Positions 1 through 11,114 of a stretch of 64,000 bases of DNA are shown here, one piece after another. The stretch's first letter is position 1, and the number at the start of each line of letters is the position of its first letter. The position numbers were made by a program, and so were the translations under genes. The DNA is from an uncultured Nitrospinota bacterium (GTDB lineage Bacteria; Tectomicrobia; Entotheonellia; J063; CAVPRW01), in assembly GCA_963707985.1 (NCBI GenBank), contig CAVPRW010000010.1, positions 224,001 to 288,000 on the forward strand, read 5' to 3'. The notes beneath the pieces were generated by a model. The model was not told the DNA's origin, did no database searches, and saw only the letters and a list, made by a program, of their open reading frames with translations.

Positions 1-1646
1 GGCAGCCTCTTCCCACGAGAGCCGGTCTCGGAGTCACTCCACCGCCTGCGCTGATCGTCTTGTCGGCGAAGGACGAGGAGCGCCTGAAGGACCAGACACA
101 ACAGCTCCTGGCGTTTGTAGCGAATGCACCGGCCGGTGAGCTCAATCTGGCCGATGTGGCTTATACGCTGCAGGTGGGACGCGAGGCCATGCCGCAACGT
201 CTGGCATTGATCGCTGTGTCTATCGGGGAATTGGGGCAAAAGCTATCAGGCTACCTCCGAGGCGACAGGTTAGACGGCCTATTCCTGGGCCGGGCCGCCG
301 ACAGGCATGTCGCTGAGATGCACCAACGCCACAAGGATATGGGAGATGCCCCGGCGGCGGTGGATGAGGCCACTGTCGAAGCCTGGTTGGCACGAGGGGC
401 GTTTGCCGAGCTACTGACTGCGTGGGTGCAAGGGGTAACGATCGATTGGTACAGCCTATATGGCGGGGGGCAGGCGTTGCCGCAGCGCATCAGTCTACCG
501 ACATATCCATTCGCCAGGCACCGGTATTGGGTTCCCGTGGCGGACAACGGCGTTGAGTCATGGAGATCCACCTCATTAGCGATCGATACCCCCTACCACA
601 ACGGGGATCCAACGGGGCTTGGCTCCGAAGGAGTGCTATTGGTCCCCGCGCTGCACCCGTTGTTGCACCGCAATACCTCAACCCTTGCAGCCGCGCGTTT
701 CAGTACCACCTTCACCGGTCGCGAGTTTTTTCTGGCGGACCACGTCGTCCAGGGTCGGCTGGTCCTCCCCGCCGTGGTCTCTCTAGAAATGGTGCGCGCC
801 GCCGCAGCCTTCGCCGTGGGTGCAGGGGAAGAGAAGAATGACATAGGTGGGGTTCGGCTCAGGCAGGTGATCTGGGCGCGACCCGTCGTCCTCGGCGCAG
901 GAGATACGCAATTCATCGAGGTACACCTCGGCCTTTCTGGCGCGGCCGACGGCCGGCTGGACTACGCCATCTATGAGGGGTCCGGGACGGATGGGCCTGT
1001 CGTCCATAGCCAGGGCAATGTCGTGGCCTGCAGCTTTGCACAGACACCGTACCTGGACCTGGCGGCCTTGCGCGCCCAATGCTCCCTCGCTGCCCTAAGC
1101 GCCGAGCAGTGTTATGACGTGTTCAGGGCGATCGGCATTGACTATGGGGCGGCACATCGGGCCATCGAAACCCTACAAGTGGGATCCGGCCAGGTTCTGG
1201 CGAAGCTGGTGCTCCCCAATAGCACGGCGGATAGTCGCTTGGTCCTCCATCCCAGCCTGCTGGACGGGGCCTTGCAGGCCACCATCGGTCTGAGCCATGG
1301 TCCCAATGGGACGGCCTCCGGACTGGCCCTACCGTTTGCCCTGGACGAGATGGAGGTGTATGGGGCTTGTACGCCGACCATGTGGGCTTTCATCCGTGAC
1401 ACGGGCGATGGCCAGGCGGGTGGAGGCATACGTAAGCTCGATATCGACATCTGCGATGAGAGCGGCGCGGTTCGTGTACGGATGAAGGGGTTTTCGTTTC
1501 GAGTCCTGCCCCCTGTGTACTCGCTCTCTGAGGGAGAGGATGGAGATGAGGGTTCCCATACTCAGGAAAAAACCTCTCACGCGACCCTCCTTCGAGACGG
1601 AGACCGGAAAGAAGGTGGCGGCGCGCTGATGCTCGAACCCCATTGA
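1..1646 (+). pseudogene. trans-AT polyketide synthase fragment (post-KS flanking region + dehydratase domain); begins before the window
   Basis: Frame is open from the window edge. Motifs LIVLSAKDEERL, LADVAYTLQVGREAM, RISLPTYPFAR, and DH motifs FLADHVVQGRLVLP and HPSLLDGALQ. No AT domain between the KS flank and DH. Stops abruptly at LMLEPH*. Confidence 0.85.
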
Positions 1647-1647
1647 C

Positions 1648-2772
1648 ATGCGCTACCTGCACCTGGATGCCGCGGACGAGACCATTGAACAACGGTTCAA
1701 CACCTATGCGGTCCGGGTCTTTGACGAGATTCGACGCATCCTGGAAGGCAAACCGCGCGGTAAGGTACTGATCCAGCTTCTGGTGCCCAATCGGGGCGAG
1801 GGGCGGCTCTGCGTCGGGCTAGCCGGCCTACTCAAGACGGCGTCACTAGAGCATCCCAACCTCATCACTCAGGTGATCGAGGTCGACAGGGATACGGTCG
1901 ACCTCAGCGAAATCCTGCAGGCGAACGTGCGGTGTCCGACTGACCAGCAGATTTGCTATCGGAATGGGAAACGTCTAGTCGCCTCGTGGCGCGAGGTTAA
2001 GACGGCCCTCTCTTCAGGACGGCAACGCGACATCCCCTGGCGCAACGGTGGTGTTTACCTGATCACCGGCGGCGCGGGCGGCTTAGGCCTGATTTTCGCC
2101 GAGGAAATCGTACAACGGGTTCGGGATGTGACCGTGGTTCTAGCCGGACGTTCCGAGCCGGACGAGCGCACGCGGATACTGATGGAAATGCTGACGGCCA
2201 TGGGTTCCTCGGGGACGCATGTCGAATACCGACGCCTTGATGTGGGACAACTTGCGGCGGTCACGCGCCTGGTCTGCGACATGAGGGAGACCTTTGGCGG
2301 CGTGCATGGGGTTATTCATAGCGCCGGTGTCACGCGGGATAACTTCATTCTCAAAAAGAGTCCTCAGGAGCTGGCAGATGTGCTGGCGCCCAAAGTGGCT
2401 GGGTGTATGCACCTGGATCGGGCGTGCCAGGAGCTCGATTTCTTCGTGCTGTTTTCCTCACTGACAGGTGCGACGGGCAATCCCGGTCAGGCCGACTATG
2501 CGGCGGCCAATGCCTTTATGGATGCCTTCGCTCATTACCGGAACACCCTTGTCCGTGAGAACCGACGGAGGGGCCGCACCCTCTCGATCAACTGGCCCTT
2601 ATGGCGTGAGGGCGGCATGCGGGTCGATCCTGGGATGGAAAGACTCATGCAAGAACGTATAGGCCTGGTGCCCATGGCAACTGCGACAGGCCTGGCGGCA
2701 TTCTATCGGGGCTTCACCCTCGACGCCGATCAGGTGATGGTGTTGGAAGGAGACACGGCACAGTTCAGCTGA
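1648..2772 (+). pseudogene. trans-AT PKS ketoreductase domain, detached and C-terminally truncated (no ACP)
   Basis: YLITGGAGGLG, HGVIHSAG, LDFFVLFSS, GNPGQADYAAAN, SINWPLW. Ends at DQVMVLEGD, where an ACP linker normally follows. Confidence 0.8.
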
Positions 2773-2881
2773 AAGGCATGCTGGAGCGATTCTCACGTCA
2801 TTCTGCGGCACTCGACCAGCTCTGAAGAACCTCCGTATACTGGGAGGTGCTGGGTGCCATTCATGACAGGTCTTCTCTCGT

Positions 2882-3646
2882 TTAGATCGTCATGAGCCCG
2901 CCATCAACGATCATGGAGTGCCCGGTGACAAAGGACGCCGCATCGGAACACAACCAGATGACCGCCTCTGCGATTTCCTCAGGAGTTCCGCGTCGGCGCA
3001 TCGGCTTGAGCGACAGGACAAACTGTTCGAGATCGGTGCCGCGACCGCCCATGGCGCGATCGCCCATTGGGGTATCAATCAATCCAGGACAGACAACATT
3101 GACCCGGATATGATCTTGGGCATGCTCCATCGCCGTCGTTTTGGTGAGGCCGATAATGCCATGTTTGGTGGCCACATAGGGCCCAAACCCCGGAAAGCCG
3201 ATCAACCCACCCACAGAGGCCATGTTGACGATCGCCCCACCCCCCTGTGCGATCATCGGTGGAATCTCATATTTCAGACAGAGCCATGTGCCCTTCAGGT
3301 TGATGTCGATCACCGCATTCCAGTCCTCCTCCCGACAGTCAATAGTGGGTCCAATCGTCCCCTCGATCCCAGCATTGTTGCAGGCATAATCCAGGCGACC
3401 GTAGGTCTCGAGACACATGGCGACTAGAGACTGTACCTCCGAGGCTTTGGAGACGTCTGTTCTGACGAAAATTGCTTCTCCTCCGCCATTTTTAATCATT
3501 TGTACAGTATGTTCCCCTTCACTCGTTCTTCGCGCCGCCACGACCGTCCGAGCTCCTTCGCGGGCGAAGTGCAAGGCCGTAGCTTGCCCAATGCCTGAGC
3601 TCCCGCCGGTGACTAACGCCACTTTGCCTGTCATGATGGGCGCCAT
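2882..3646 (-). CDS. short-chain dehydrogenase/reductase (glucose 1-dehydrogenase/FabG-like)
   Basis: TGGSSGIG, NNAG, YVATK, VNVVCPG, VDGG; GGAGG RBS upstream. Confidence 0.92.
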   Translation of the reverse strand: MAPIMTGKVALVTGGSSGIGQATALHFAREGARTVVAARRTSEGEHTVQMIKNGGGEAIFVRTDVSKASEVQSLVAMCLETYGRLDYACNNAGIEGTIGPTIDCREEDWNAVIDINLKGTWLCLKYEIPPMIAQGGGAIVNMASVGGLIGFPGFGPYVATKHGIIGLTKTTAMEHAQDHIRVNVVCPGLIDTPMGDRAMGGRGTDLEQFVLSLKPMRRRGTPEEIAEAVIWLCSDAASFVTGHSMIVDGGLMTI

Positions 3647-3974
3647 AGGTGATCCTCCCTCCCAACAGATGCCCTTTTCCCCAGGATATCGAAGGCACCA
3701 CTCTCATTGGCCGATTCATCCTCGCACCACTCCGTTCGCTGGGCTCTCTGTTGCCTGCATGGCTTGTCAGAGCTGGATAAGCATTTGAGAGAAGCGCAGC
3801 GTCTGCTCAAAGACGCCAGCAAAGTGGCACGTGGTCTGCCATGGAGAACATGCGTGGCATATCGTAGGCACCACTGCCCCTGCCGGGTTAGCAATCTTAG
3901 AAGCTTCTTGGCTGGGAGACAAGCACAATCGGTGAAGACAGCGGGCCGTAGGTCGTTTGTACATGGACGCTTGA

Positions 3975-4077
3975 TCGTGTCCGGTCCATATCCCGACATG
4001 TAAATGACCTGAATTTCCGGGCGTGTCAAGGTCAACTGCGCTGCCACCTCAGGACCGCTGAGCCCATGGAGCACCAC
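3975..4077 (-). pseudogene. remnant of a response-regulator receiver domain
   Basis: GLSGPEVAAQLTLTRPEIQVIYMSGY resembles the C-terminal half of a CheY-like receiver; the flanking translation is not recognisable. Confidence 0.4.
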
Positions 4078-4367
4078 ATCGGCCAGCAGCAGCTGGATGG
4101 AGCCTCTATGCTGGTCGCTCCTCTACACCGCCATGCGATGGCGACAGCCGTGGCCTCACCCATTGTCGGTCAGGTCTGCCTCGTCGCAGTCCACATGAAC
4201 GCTGGGCACAGGCGATGCCACTGCAACACTGGTCTGTGGTACAACTGATGCCATGCACACTGGGCAGATTCCATGGTAGTATAGCACTGCTGTTCTACCG
4301 CCTATCAAGTATCTGTGATAGGCATACGCGATCATCGGCCCAGGAGGGGCGGAGCGTCACGGAACCT

Positions 4368-5516
4368 ATGCGCGTAATTACCAAAGCAATCTTGAAAGAA
4401 ATGACCACTGTGGCAGGTATCACGCTATTGGGGCTTGTGGTGCTCGTCCTTCTCCAACAGGCCGTGCGTCTGGCTGACCTCATCACCAAACAGGGGGTGT
4501 CACCGCTCGCGATCGCCCCGATTCTTGCACTTGCCCTACCTGCACTGGTGGTTACTATTTTCCCTGTATGCTCCCTCATGGCGCCAGCGATTACGCTTAG
4601 TCGTTTCGCCGCCGATAGTGAGCTACTGGCGCTCAGAGCCACAGGCTATAGCTTCTATCAACTCCTTACCCCGGTCCTGGGTTTGGGAGTATTTATGGGG
4701 GTCGTAACCGCGGTCCTCGTCCTTGAAGTCATCCCACATGCCAATTTCCTGGCCCGGCAATTGGTCTTTGACGCCGTGTCGACATCATTGCAACTGCGGG
4801 TGCAGGAACGGGTGTTCCAGTCTCCCCTTCCAGGACTGGTCGTCTATGTTGAGCGCATCAATCAGAATAATGGCCAGCTCGAGGGCGTACTCATTGCCGA
4901 CAGTCGCACTCCCGAGTCCACTACGATCTTTGCCTCCGAGGCCGAGATACTCCCCGATTTTGCCGGCATGCGGGTAGTTGTCAAAATGCGCAATGGCTCG
5001 CTATTACGTCGTGAAGGAGAGCAAAGCTTCCAGCAGGCGACCTTCGAGGGTTACAGTTTTGTGATCGATGTTGGTAATCCTTGGGATGGTGCGGAGCTTA
5101 GCCGAAAACGTGTCCGTGAGATGACCCTCGGCGAGATCGGGCAGCAGATGCAAATGCTCAAAGTCAGCGGTGGCAGCAACCTGCGAGCACTGGTCGAATG
5201 GCATAAACGCGTCGCACTCCCAGTTTCCTGCTTCGTGCTAGTGTGTGTGGGGGCACCTATCGGTGGCCTCAATCGTCGTACTGGACGACTCGGTGGCTTC
5301 GCCATAAGCGCTGCTGGGCTCCTACTGTACTACATTGTGGTGACTGGTGGCTCAAGTTTGGCCGAAACTGGGGCTATTTCACCGCTTATAGGTGTCTGGG
5401 GGCCGAATGTTCTGGTTGTAGCAGTAGCCGTGTACCTCGTATTGACAGCCAATGGTAACCACCTATTCGTAGGTTCCAAGCACCGTGCGGTAAGGACCCA
5501 CGAGCTCTCCCCATAA
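4368..5516 (+). CDS. lptF: LptF/LptG (YjgP/YjgQ) family LPS export permease
   Basis: RFAADSELLALRATGYS, EWHKRVALPVSC, GVWGPN; three TM + periplasmic domain + three TM layout; start codon uncertain. Confidence 0.85.
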   Translation: MRVITKAILKEMTTVAGITLLGLVVLVLLQQAVRLADLITKQGVSPLAIAPILALALPALVVTIFPVCSLMAPAITLSRFAADSELLALRATGYSFYQLLTPVLGLGVFMGVVTAVLVLEVIPHANFLARQLVFDAVSTSLQLRVQERVFQSPLPGLVVYVERINQNNGQLEGVLIADSRTPESTTIFASEAEILPDFAGMRVVVKMRNGSLLRREGEQSFQQATFEGYSFVIDVGNPWDGAELSRKRVREMTLGEIGQQMQMLKVSGGSNLRALVEWHKRVALPVSCFVLVCVGAPIGGLNRRTGRLGGFAISAAGLLLYYIVVTGGSSLAETGAISPLIGVWGPNVLVVAVAVYLVLTANGNHLFVGSKHRAVRTHELSP

Positions 5517-5517
5517 G

Positions 5518-6843
5518 TCAGGACCTGCTTGCTATCGCGGTAGGGAGGCCGGTCACCCGGCCCCCTCCCGCACAGAACCGTACGTGCGGCACGACCGCAT
5601 ACGGCTCTGACCTCGGATGCGTGGCGTCAAAGCGGACGCTTGGAAACGGCTGCAGGAGGCGCTGGGTGGGAATCCAACGGTGGATCAGCGCTTTAAATCG
5701 CCGCCAGTTCAGGCGCGTCTTCTGACTGCGCAGGCAGAGCTGCCGCCGCCAGAGCCGGATGACCCGTCGCCGGCAGGTGCCGCGCGTACGCCTATGACCC
5801 GGCACCGCGTGGTCGTTGAAGTCGCCTTGCACGACCGACCCCAGCCACTGACCTGTCCGTGCCATGGGCTCGTGCCGGCGTTGGCGTAGCTGCTGATGCA
5901 GCGCCTTCAGCGTGGCCCCCATCCGCTTGCGAGCGGTCGTGCGTCGGACAGTAAAGTCGCCGGGCTTCCAGTGCCGTTCGCAGATAGGCGTGAAGCCCAG
6001 AACGTCGAACGTTTCCGGCTTGCCTTCTCCGCGCCGCTTCCGGTTCGCGTTGGCGTGTGGTCCGAACTCGATCAGGCGCGTGTGGTCCGGGTGGACTGCC
6101 AGGCCGAACGGCTGGAATCGAGCCTGCAGGTCCACCAGGAACCGTTTCGCGTCCTCTCGGCGTTCGAAACCAACCACGCCATCATCCGCGTAGCGGACGA
6201 CCACGACATCTCCTGGGGCGACTTTCGTGCGCCAGGCGTCCACCCCGAGGTCGAACACATCGTGGAGAGACACGTGGCCGAGGAACGGCGAAACGACCGC
6301 CCCTTGCGGGCCCCCCACCGGCGTCTCCGACCACAGGCCTTCCTCCGCCACTCCGGCCCGCAACCATGTCTGGACCAGGCGGAGGCCCCGAGGATCGGCC
6401 ACGCGAGGCTGGAGGAATGTGATGATCCATTCGTGCGTCAGTGTGTCGAAGCACGCGCGCCTGTCGTACTCCAGCACGTCGTGCACCCGCCGCCGTGTGC
6501 GCGCAACCGAGAGTGCGTCCAAGGCCTGGTGCGGACTGCGCCCCGGCCGGCACCCGTCGGCGAACCCCCGAAAATCCTCCTCGTAGATCTGCTGCAGGAT
6601 AGTCACCACCGCCTGTTGGACACTCTTGTCGTCCAGGGCGGCGATGCCCAACGGACGTTGTCGTCCATCAGCCTTCGGGATGGAGACCCGCCGGGGGGGT
6701 TGTGCTCGATAAGTCCCGCGGTGCACTCGGCGGTGGAGGTCGGCAAGCCGATGGTCCAGGCCGGGCTCATACGCCTGCCAGGTCACGCCATCCTCCCCGG
6801 GAGCGGCGTGCCGCGTCAGCATAGAGAAGCGGTCCCGGAGCAC
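5518..6843 (-). pseudogene. ltrA: group II intron reverse transcriptase/maturase, heavily mutated
   Basis: IPKADGRQRPLGI, PQGAVVSP, RYADD; many normally invariant residues replaced. Confidence 0.85.
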
Positions 6844-7451
6844 ATCGACCGTGAGATGGTGGAGTCAGGCGGTGCACTGCTCCTGGTTGTGCTGCCGTGC
6901 GGCTTGGCGCACGCGAGCCAGTCCCTGGGACACGCGTGCCCCGCGCGGTGTCGGGTACGTGTGGGATCGGCGCGCGTGCTCCTTGGTCCCCGCGCGTCCC
7001 GCCCCCCTCTCCGCCGACCGTTGCTGGTCCTTGTTCGAGGAGTTCCTTGGTACGATCGCGTGGTCTGACGCCTCAGAGACGGGCCTGGAGGCCGTACGGC
7101 TGTGGGCCTTCACCTCCCGGTCTGTTCTGTGTATGCGCTCAGACCTCTCTGAGGTCTCCCGGTTCTCGTGCAGGACGTGTCTCGACGTGCCTGGGGTCTC
7201 AGACGACGCGGGGTCGGCGGCGGACTCGCGCTGGCGCCCTCAGCCGTGTGGCCTGCCGCTGAAGTCGAGCCGCGTCGGCACCCCGATGGCGGCTTTTCGA
7301 CGTGCACTAGCCCGGCCCGCCGATGCCCCTATCCACGCTTCGATGGGCACCTCGCGGCGCCCACCGCAAGACCTGGGGTCAGGATGGCTCGCGAGGCCTT
7401 TCCTGTGGGACTCTGGCATTCCCGACTTCCTGCCGGTGTAGCCCGGCGCAC
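5534..7451 (-). mobile_element. group II intron (class E-like), degenerate, about 1.9 kb
   Basis: 5' GTGCG at 7451; domain V GAGCCGTATGCG...GCACGTACGGTTC and domain VI ending ...CCGCGAT at 5534 on the minus strand; internal RT ORF. Confidence 0.9.
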
Positions 7452-7686
7452 CGACTTTGGCCAGTTACGAACCACACCGCTATGGATTAGCCGGGGGCGG
7501 GCAGGTATGGTCCGGGAATTAGGTGAAGTCCCATGGGGACAGGGACATCATGTAATTGCCCCATATCTGATACGCCTATGGATCAAGGCTTTGTCTGGCA
7601 GCGGTTTTCCCCATATGCTGGGTTTGAGAAAAATAGCCAAAGTCGAGTAGAAGGTAGCCTTCTTGAAAAAAATACTCTCAAGGGTG

Positions 7687-7995
7687 CTACCATCTGTCCG
7701 AACTCCTGATCGGGCTTGATGAGACATTGTTCTTGTGCATTTCATATAGACTTTGCTTCCGTTTATGCTGCATAACTGCCTCAGCAAATTCCTTCTCTTT
7801 CGTATTTATGAATTCTTCAATTTCTGCCTTAAACACTACAGAAATAAGGCGCTCAAATAGCAATAACCATGATGTAATTGACATAAGCATTTTAATGCGT
7901 CGCATTATCATGAAAATAATGAGGAATTGAATAATTATGACCGACGAAAAAAGAATTGCGATCGTCCCAATGTTGGACGAGATGTAAGTATTCAT
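7687..7995 (-). CDS. small low-GC membrane protein, hypothetical
   Basis: AAGGAG RBS, hydrophobic N-terminus, AT-rich, directly downstream of 8012-8551. Confidence 0.6.
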   Translation of the reverse strand: MNTYISSNIGTIAILFSSVIIIQFLIIFMIMRRIKMLMSITSWLLLFERLISVVFKAEIEEFINTKEKEFAEAVMQHKRKQSLYEMHKNNVSSSPIRSSDRW

Positions 7996-8011
7996 GTCAT
8001 CTCCTTATTTC

Positions 8012-8551
8012 CTATTTGAGATTGACGGAAATTATTGCGCTAAAGAGAATAAGCACAATAAACAGTAGCGATGTTATCTGAGACAAACGTAAAAGAACAC
8101 TTTTACTCTGAACAGTCTTGAAGTTTGCAAACTCGGCCTCAGCAACGTTAAAGAAGAGAGATGGGAACATATGACTTTTGATAGTCTCCTCGTCCTTATC
8201 TCTTAGCCAATACAGAACATTGGGAATAGATGGAGGGAGTGGGATGCTACGTACCCAAAGGCAAAGAATAGAAAATAGAATGGAGAAAGCAACTAGCGTT
8301 GTGTTAAGGTAGAAAGTAAATACTAGAAGGCTACTCTGTAAGAGGAAGTTCTTCACCCAGAGGTAATAACCACCATAGAACGTTAACAATACGGGGATTT
8401 GAGCCGCCGCTTTTGTATCGCATCTCATTATCGAATCGTGAATCAATCTTGTTGAATTGATTGCATATGTAAGGAAATCACGAATATGGTTTTCAGGAAT
8501 CTTGCCAAAATTGTGAGCGTCTTCAATTTTTGGAATCTGTGGCATCAGCAT
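8012..8551 (-). CDS. three-TM membrane protein, Pycsar-effector (PycTM/DUF5706)-like; cassette gene
   Basis: DTKA motif before two TM helices, a soluble loop, then K before a C-terminal TM helix; low GC; follows an attC. Confidence 0.5.
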   Translation of the reverse strand: MLMPQIPKIEDAHNFGKIPENHIRDFLTYAINSTRLIHDSIMRCDTKAAAQIPVLLTFYGGYYLWVKNFLLQSSLLVFTFYLNTTLVAFSILFSILCLWVRSIPLPPSIPNVLYWLRDKDEETIKSHMFPSLFFNVAEAEFANFKTVQSKSVLLRLSQITSLLFIVLILFSAIISVNLK

Positions 8552-8602
8552 GACAATTCAACCATATTAACTACAGTTGAACATAATCACGATAAGAATA
8601 CG

Positions 8603-8692
8603 GCCTAACGCGAAACCAACCGTCGCCAGCCACCGAGCTTATCGCGAAGCGCCACATCACTCTCCGGCATATGGTTGAGCCCTGTGTGAGGT
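8603..8692 (-). other. attC site (one core degenerate)
   Basis: + strand GCCTAAC ... GTGAGGT with CAACC/GGTTG inner arms, lying between two minus-strand ORFs. Confidence 0.6.
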
Positions 8693-8717
8693 ACATGGGT
8701 AACTCTATGTAACAGAA

Positions 8718-9257
8718 TCATTCGACTACCACATAACTCATTGCTTTCCATTCAATGGGGCCAACGGCCCTTCTTTGTATTGATATGTGCGTGGGTGCCG
8801 CTTGCGCCATGAACGTGGCTTGATACAGACCCGGCGTATCGACACTTACTACAACCTCATAGTGTTTGCTGTCTCCTGGCCGAATTCCTGTGCTTCTCTC
8901 GACCCGCTGGTCCCCAACGTCCGACATGAACGGTATTGAAGCCCTTGATACAAATTCAAGCGAAGGAGAACCCTGAACTGGCACTGTCACCTTTGCCAAG
9001 ATTATGGGTTCCATTCCCCACACAAGACGGGTATCTCGTGTTCCATGGTTTGTTATTGTCAGCGAAACCAAAATGTGGGGACGTTTTTCCGTCGGTATTG
9101 GGAATTGCTTTACACAAATGGCGATTCCAACCGCTGGACGACGCTGAAGCCAAAACACATATGCGGTCCACATGCCCCCTATAAGCACCGCGATCACAAT
9201 GGCATAGCTTTGAACACCGTCAGCAATCGTCTTAAATGTCTCGATGTCCTGAAACAT
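8718..9257 (-). CDS. hypothetical cassette protein with an N-terminal TM anchor
   Basis: Start MFQDIETF just after an attC core; one TM helix followed by a beta-rich domain. Confidence 0.7.
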   Translation of the reverse strand: MFQDIETFKTIADGVQSYAIVIAVLIGGMWTAYVFWLQRRPAVGIAICVKQFPIPTEKRPHILVSLTITNHGTRDTRLVWGMEPIILAKVTVPVQGSPSLEFVSRASIPFMSDVGDQRVERSTGIRPGDSKHYEVVVSVDTPGLYQATFMAQAAPTHISIQRRAVGPIEWKAMSYVVVE

Positions 9258-9280
9258 GAATGAATTCCCTACGTTTCGCC

Positions 9281-9338
9281 GCCTAACGCTCCCGCTCAGC
9301 GGCGCGAGCGCTGGCGAGCGTCCGCTGCAGCGCCTGGT
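9281..9338 (-). other. attC site split by a group IIC intron (remainder at 14853-14857)
   Basis: GCCTAAC-GCTCCCGCTCAGCGG...CCGCTGCAGCGCCTG-GT|TCGGC is restored when 9339-14852 is removed. Confidence 0.9.
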
Positions 9339-11114
9339 GTACGCCCGACATGGGCATGAACTGATGGGGTGAAAGTCCCCTGTAGGAGGACCTGGTCGGT
9401 CCTTTGGGACAGACACAACTACGAGCCGACGGCAAGGGCAGCCCCGCGCGGAGCGGTCTGAAGGAAGCCCGAGCGCCACGGTGCGAGCCGACGCACAGAA
9501 ACCGCCTAGAAGGCTCAGTCTCCGGGCGAGGCAGCACAAGATGACGAAGCCCACCGGGTACAGGAGAGAGGGTCCATGCGGCGGTTGTGCACGGATAGGT
9601 CAGGCTCTTATGCGGGGAGGTCTGTCCGGCAGGCGGCCAGGACGGGCCAAGGGAGCCGGACTGAGGCCCAGGGCGCAAGCCCTGGAAGTGCCACCGGACC
9701 CTACCGCCCCCTTTCGGCAGCGCGTCCCGCGGTCACGCGAGGCGTGACCGGGCAGAAGTCAGCCGAGGCCGTAGTCGCCGCCCGGGCCAGGAGGCCAGAG
9801 CGGTGAAGGGCCGAACACGAGAGCACAAGGAGGAGCCGTGAACGACTCGCTCTTGATGTCGAACCCGACCGGGGGAGTCAGTGACCGGCGTCGGCCCACG
9901 CCGCCAGCCTTGCACGACGACCGCATGGCGCAGGTGGTGGACCCCGCGAACCTGCGAAGGGCATGGAAGCAGGTGAAGGCCCACCAGGGAGCACCTGGCA
10001 TGGACGGCATGCCCCTGGAGGACTGCCCCGCCTGCGCACGCGAGCACTGGCCCACCGTCCGCCAAGCACTGCTCGACGGCCCCTATCAGCCCGCACCGGT
10101 ACGCCGGGTGGCGATTCCAAAGCCCGGCGGTCGGGGGGAACGTCAACTCGGCATTCCCACCGTGCTGGACCGGGTGATCGCGCAGGCCATCGCGCAGGTC
10201 CTCACGCCGCTGTTCGACCCGGAGTTCTCGGCGTCGCGCTTCGGCTTTCGACCCGGACGCTCCGCCCATGGAGCGCTCAGGCAGGTACAGCGGTACAGCG
10301 GGGAGGGGGATCGCCTCGCCGTGGATGTGGACCTGGAGCAGTGCTGCGACCGGGTCTCCCACGACGTGCTGCTGACGCGCGTGGCCCGTCAGGTGCGCGA
10401 TACGCGGCTCCTGAGCCTGATCGGCCGCGACCTGCGGGCGGGGGTCGTGGTCGGGGACGTCATCCAGGCGACGGAGGTGGGGACCGCTCAAGGCTCCCCG
10501 CTCTCCCCGGTGCTCGCCAATGGCTTGTTGGACGACCTTGATACAAGCGTTGGAGCGCCGTGGCCACCGCTTCGCGACGTATGCCGACGACCTGCTGGTA
10601 CTGGTCAACAGCAGGCGCGCCGGTGAGCGCGTCAAGACAAGCCGCACGCGCGTTCTGACCACGCAGCTGCAGCTCAGCGTGAACGAGTCCAAGAGCCGGG
10701 TGTGTCGGACCGAGGCGGTCGTGTGCCTCGGCTGCACCTTCCGGGGCACCAAACGGCGTTGGTCCGAGGAGGCCGTCGCCGACTTCAAGCACCGCGTCCG
10801 GCAACTCACCGGGCGCTCTTGGGGCGTGGCGATGGCCTATCGGCTGGAACGGCTCGCGCGCGACATCAGAGGCTGGATGCATGACTTCGGCATCTCGGAC
10901 GACTACCGTCCCAGCCCGGAGCTGGACCACTGGCGGCGGCGGCGTCTCCGCATGTGCTAGTGGAAACAGGGGCGCCGGGTGCGCACCAAAGTCCGCCCTC
11001 TCCTGGCCTTGGGCACAGGTCAACGCCAGGCCATTCGGACGGCGCGGCGCTCCACGGGCGACTGGCATCTGTCGAAGACCCTGGCCACCCCATCGGGGAT
11101 GACGAATACCTGGC

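Noticed and set aside
3686..3876. Short direct repeat ATATCG(A/T)AGGCACCACT
   Set aside because: Only two copies about 170 bp apart, with no further structure to support a function.
5896..7068. Long antisense or overlapping ORFs (also 27388-28782, 11930-13063, 54305-55261)
   Set aside because: Shadow frames of GC-rich genes with no recognisable motifs.
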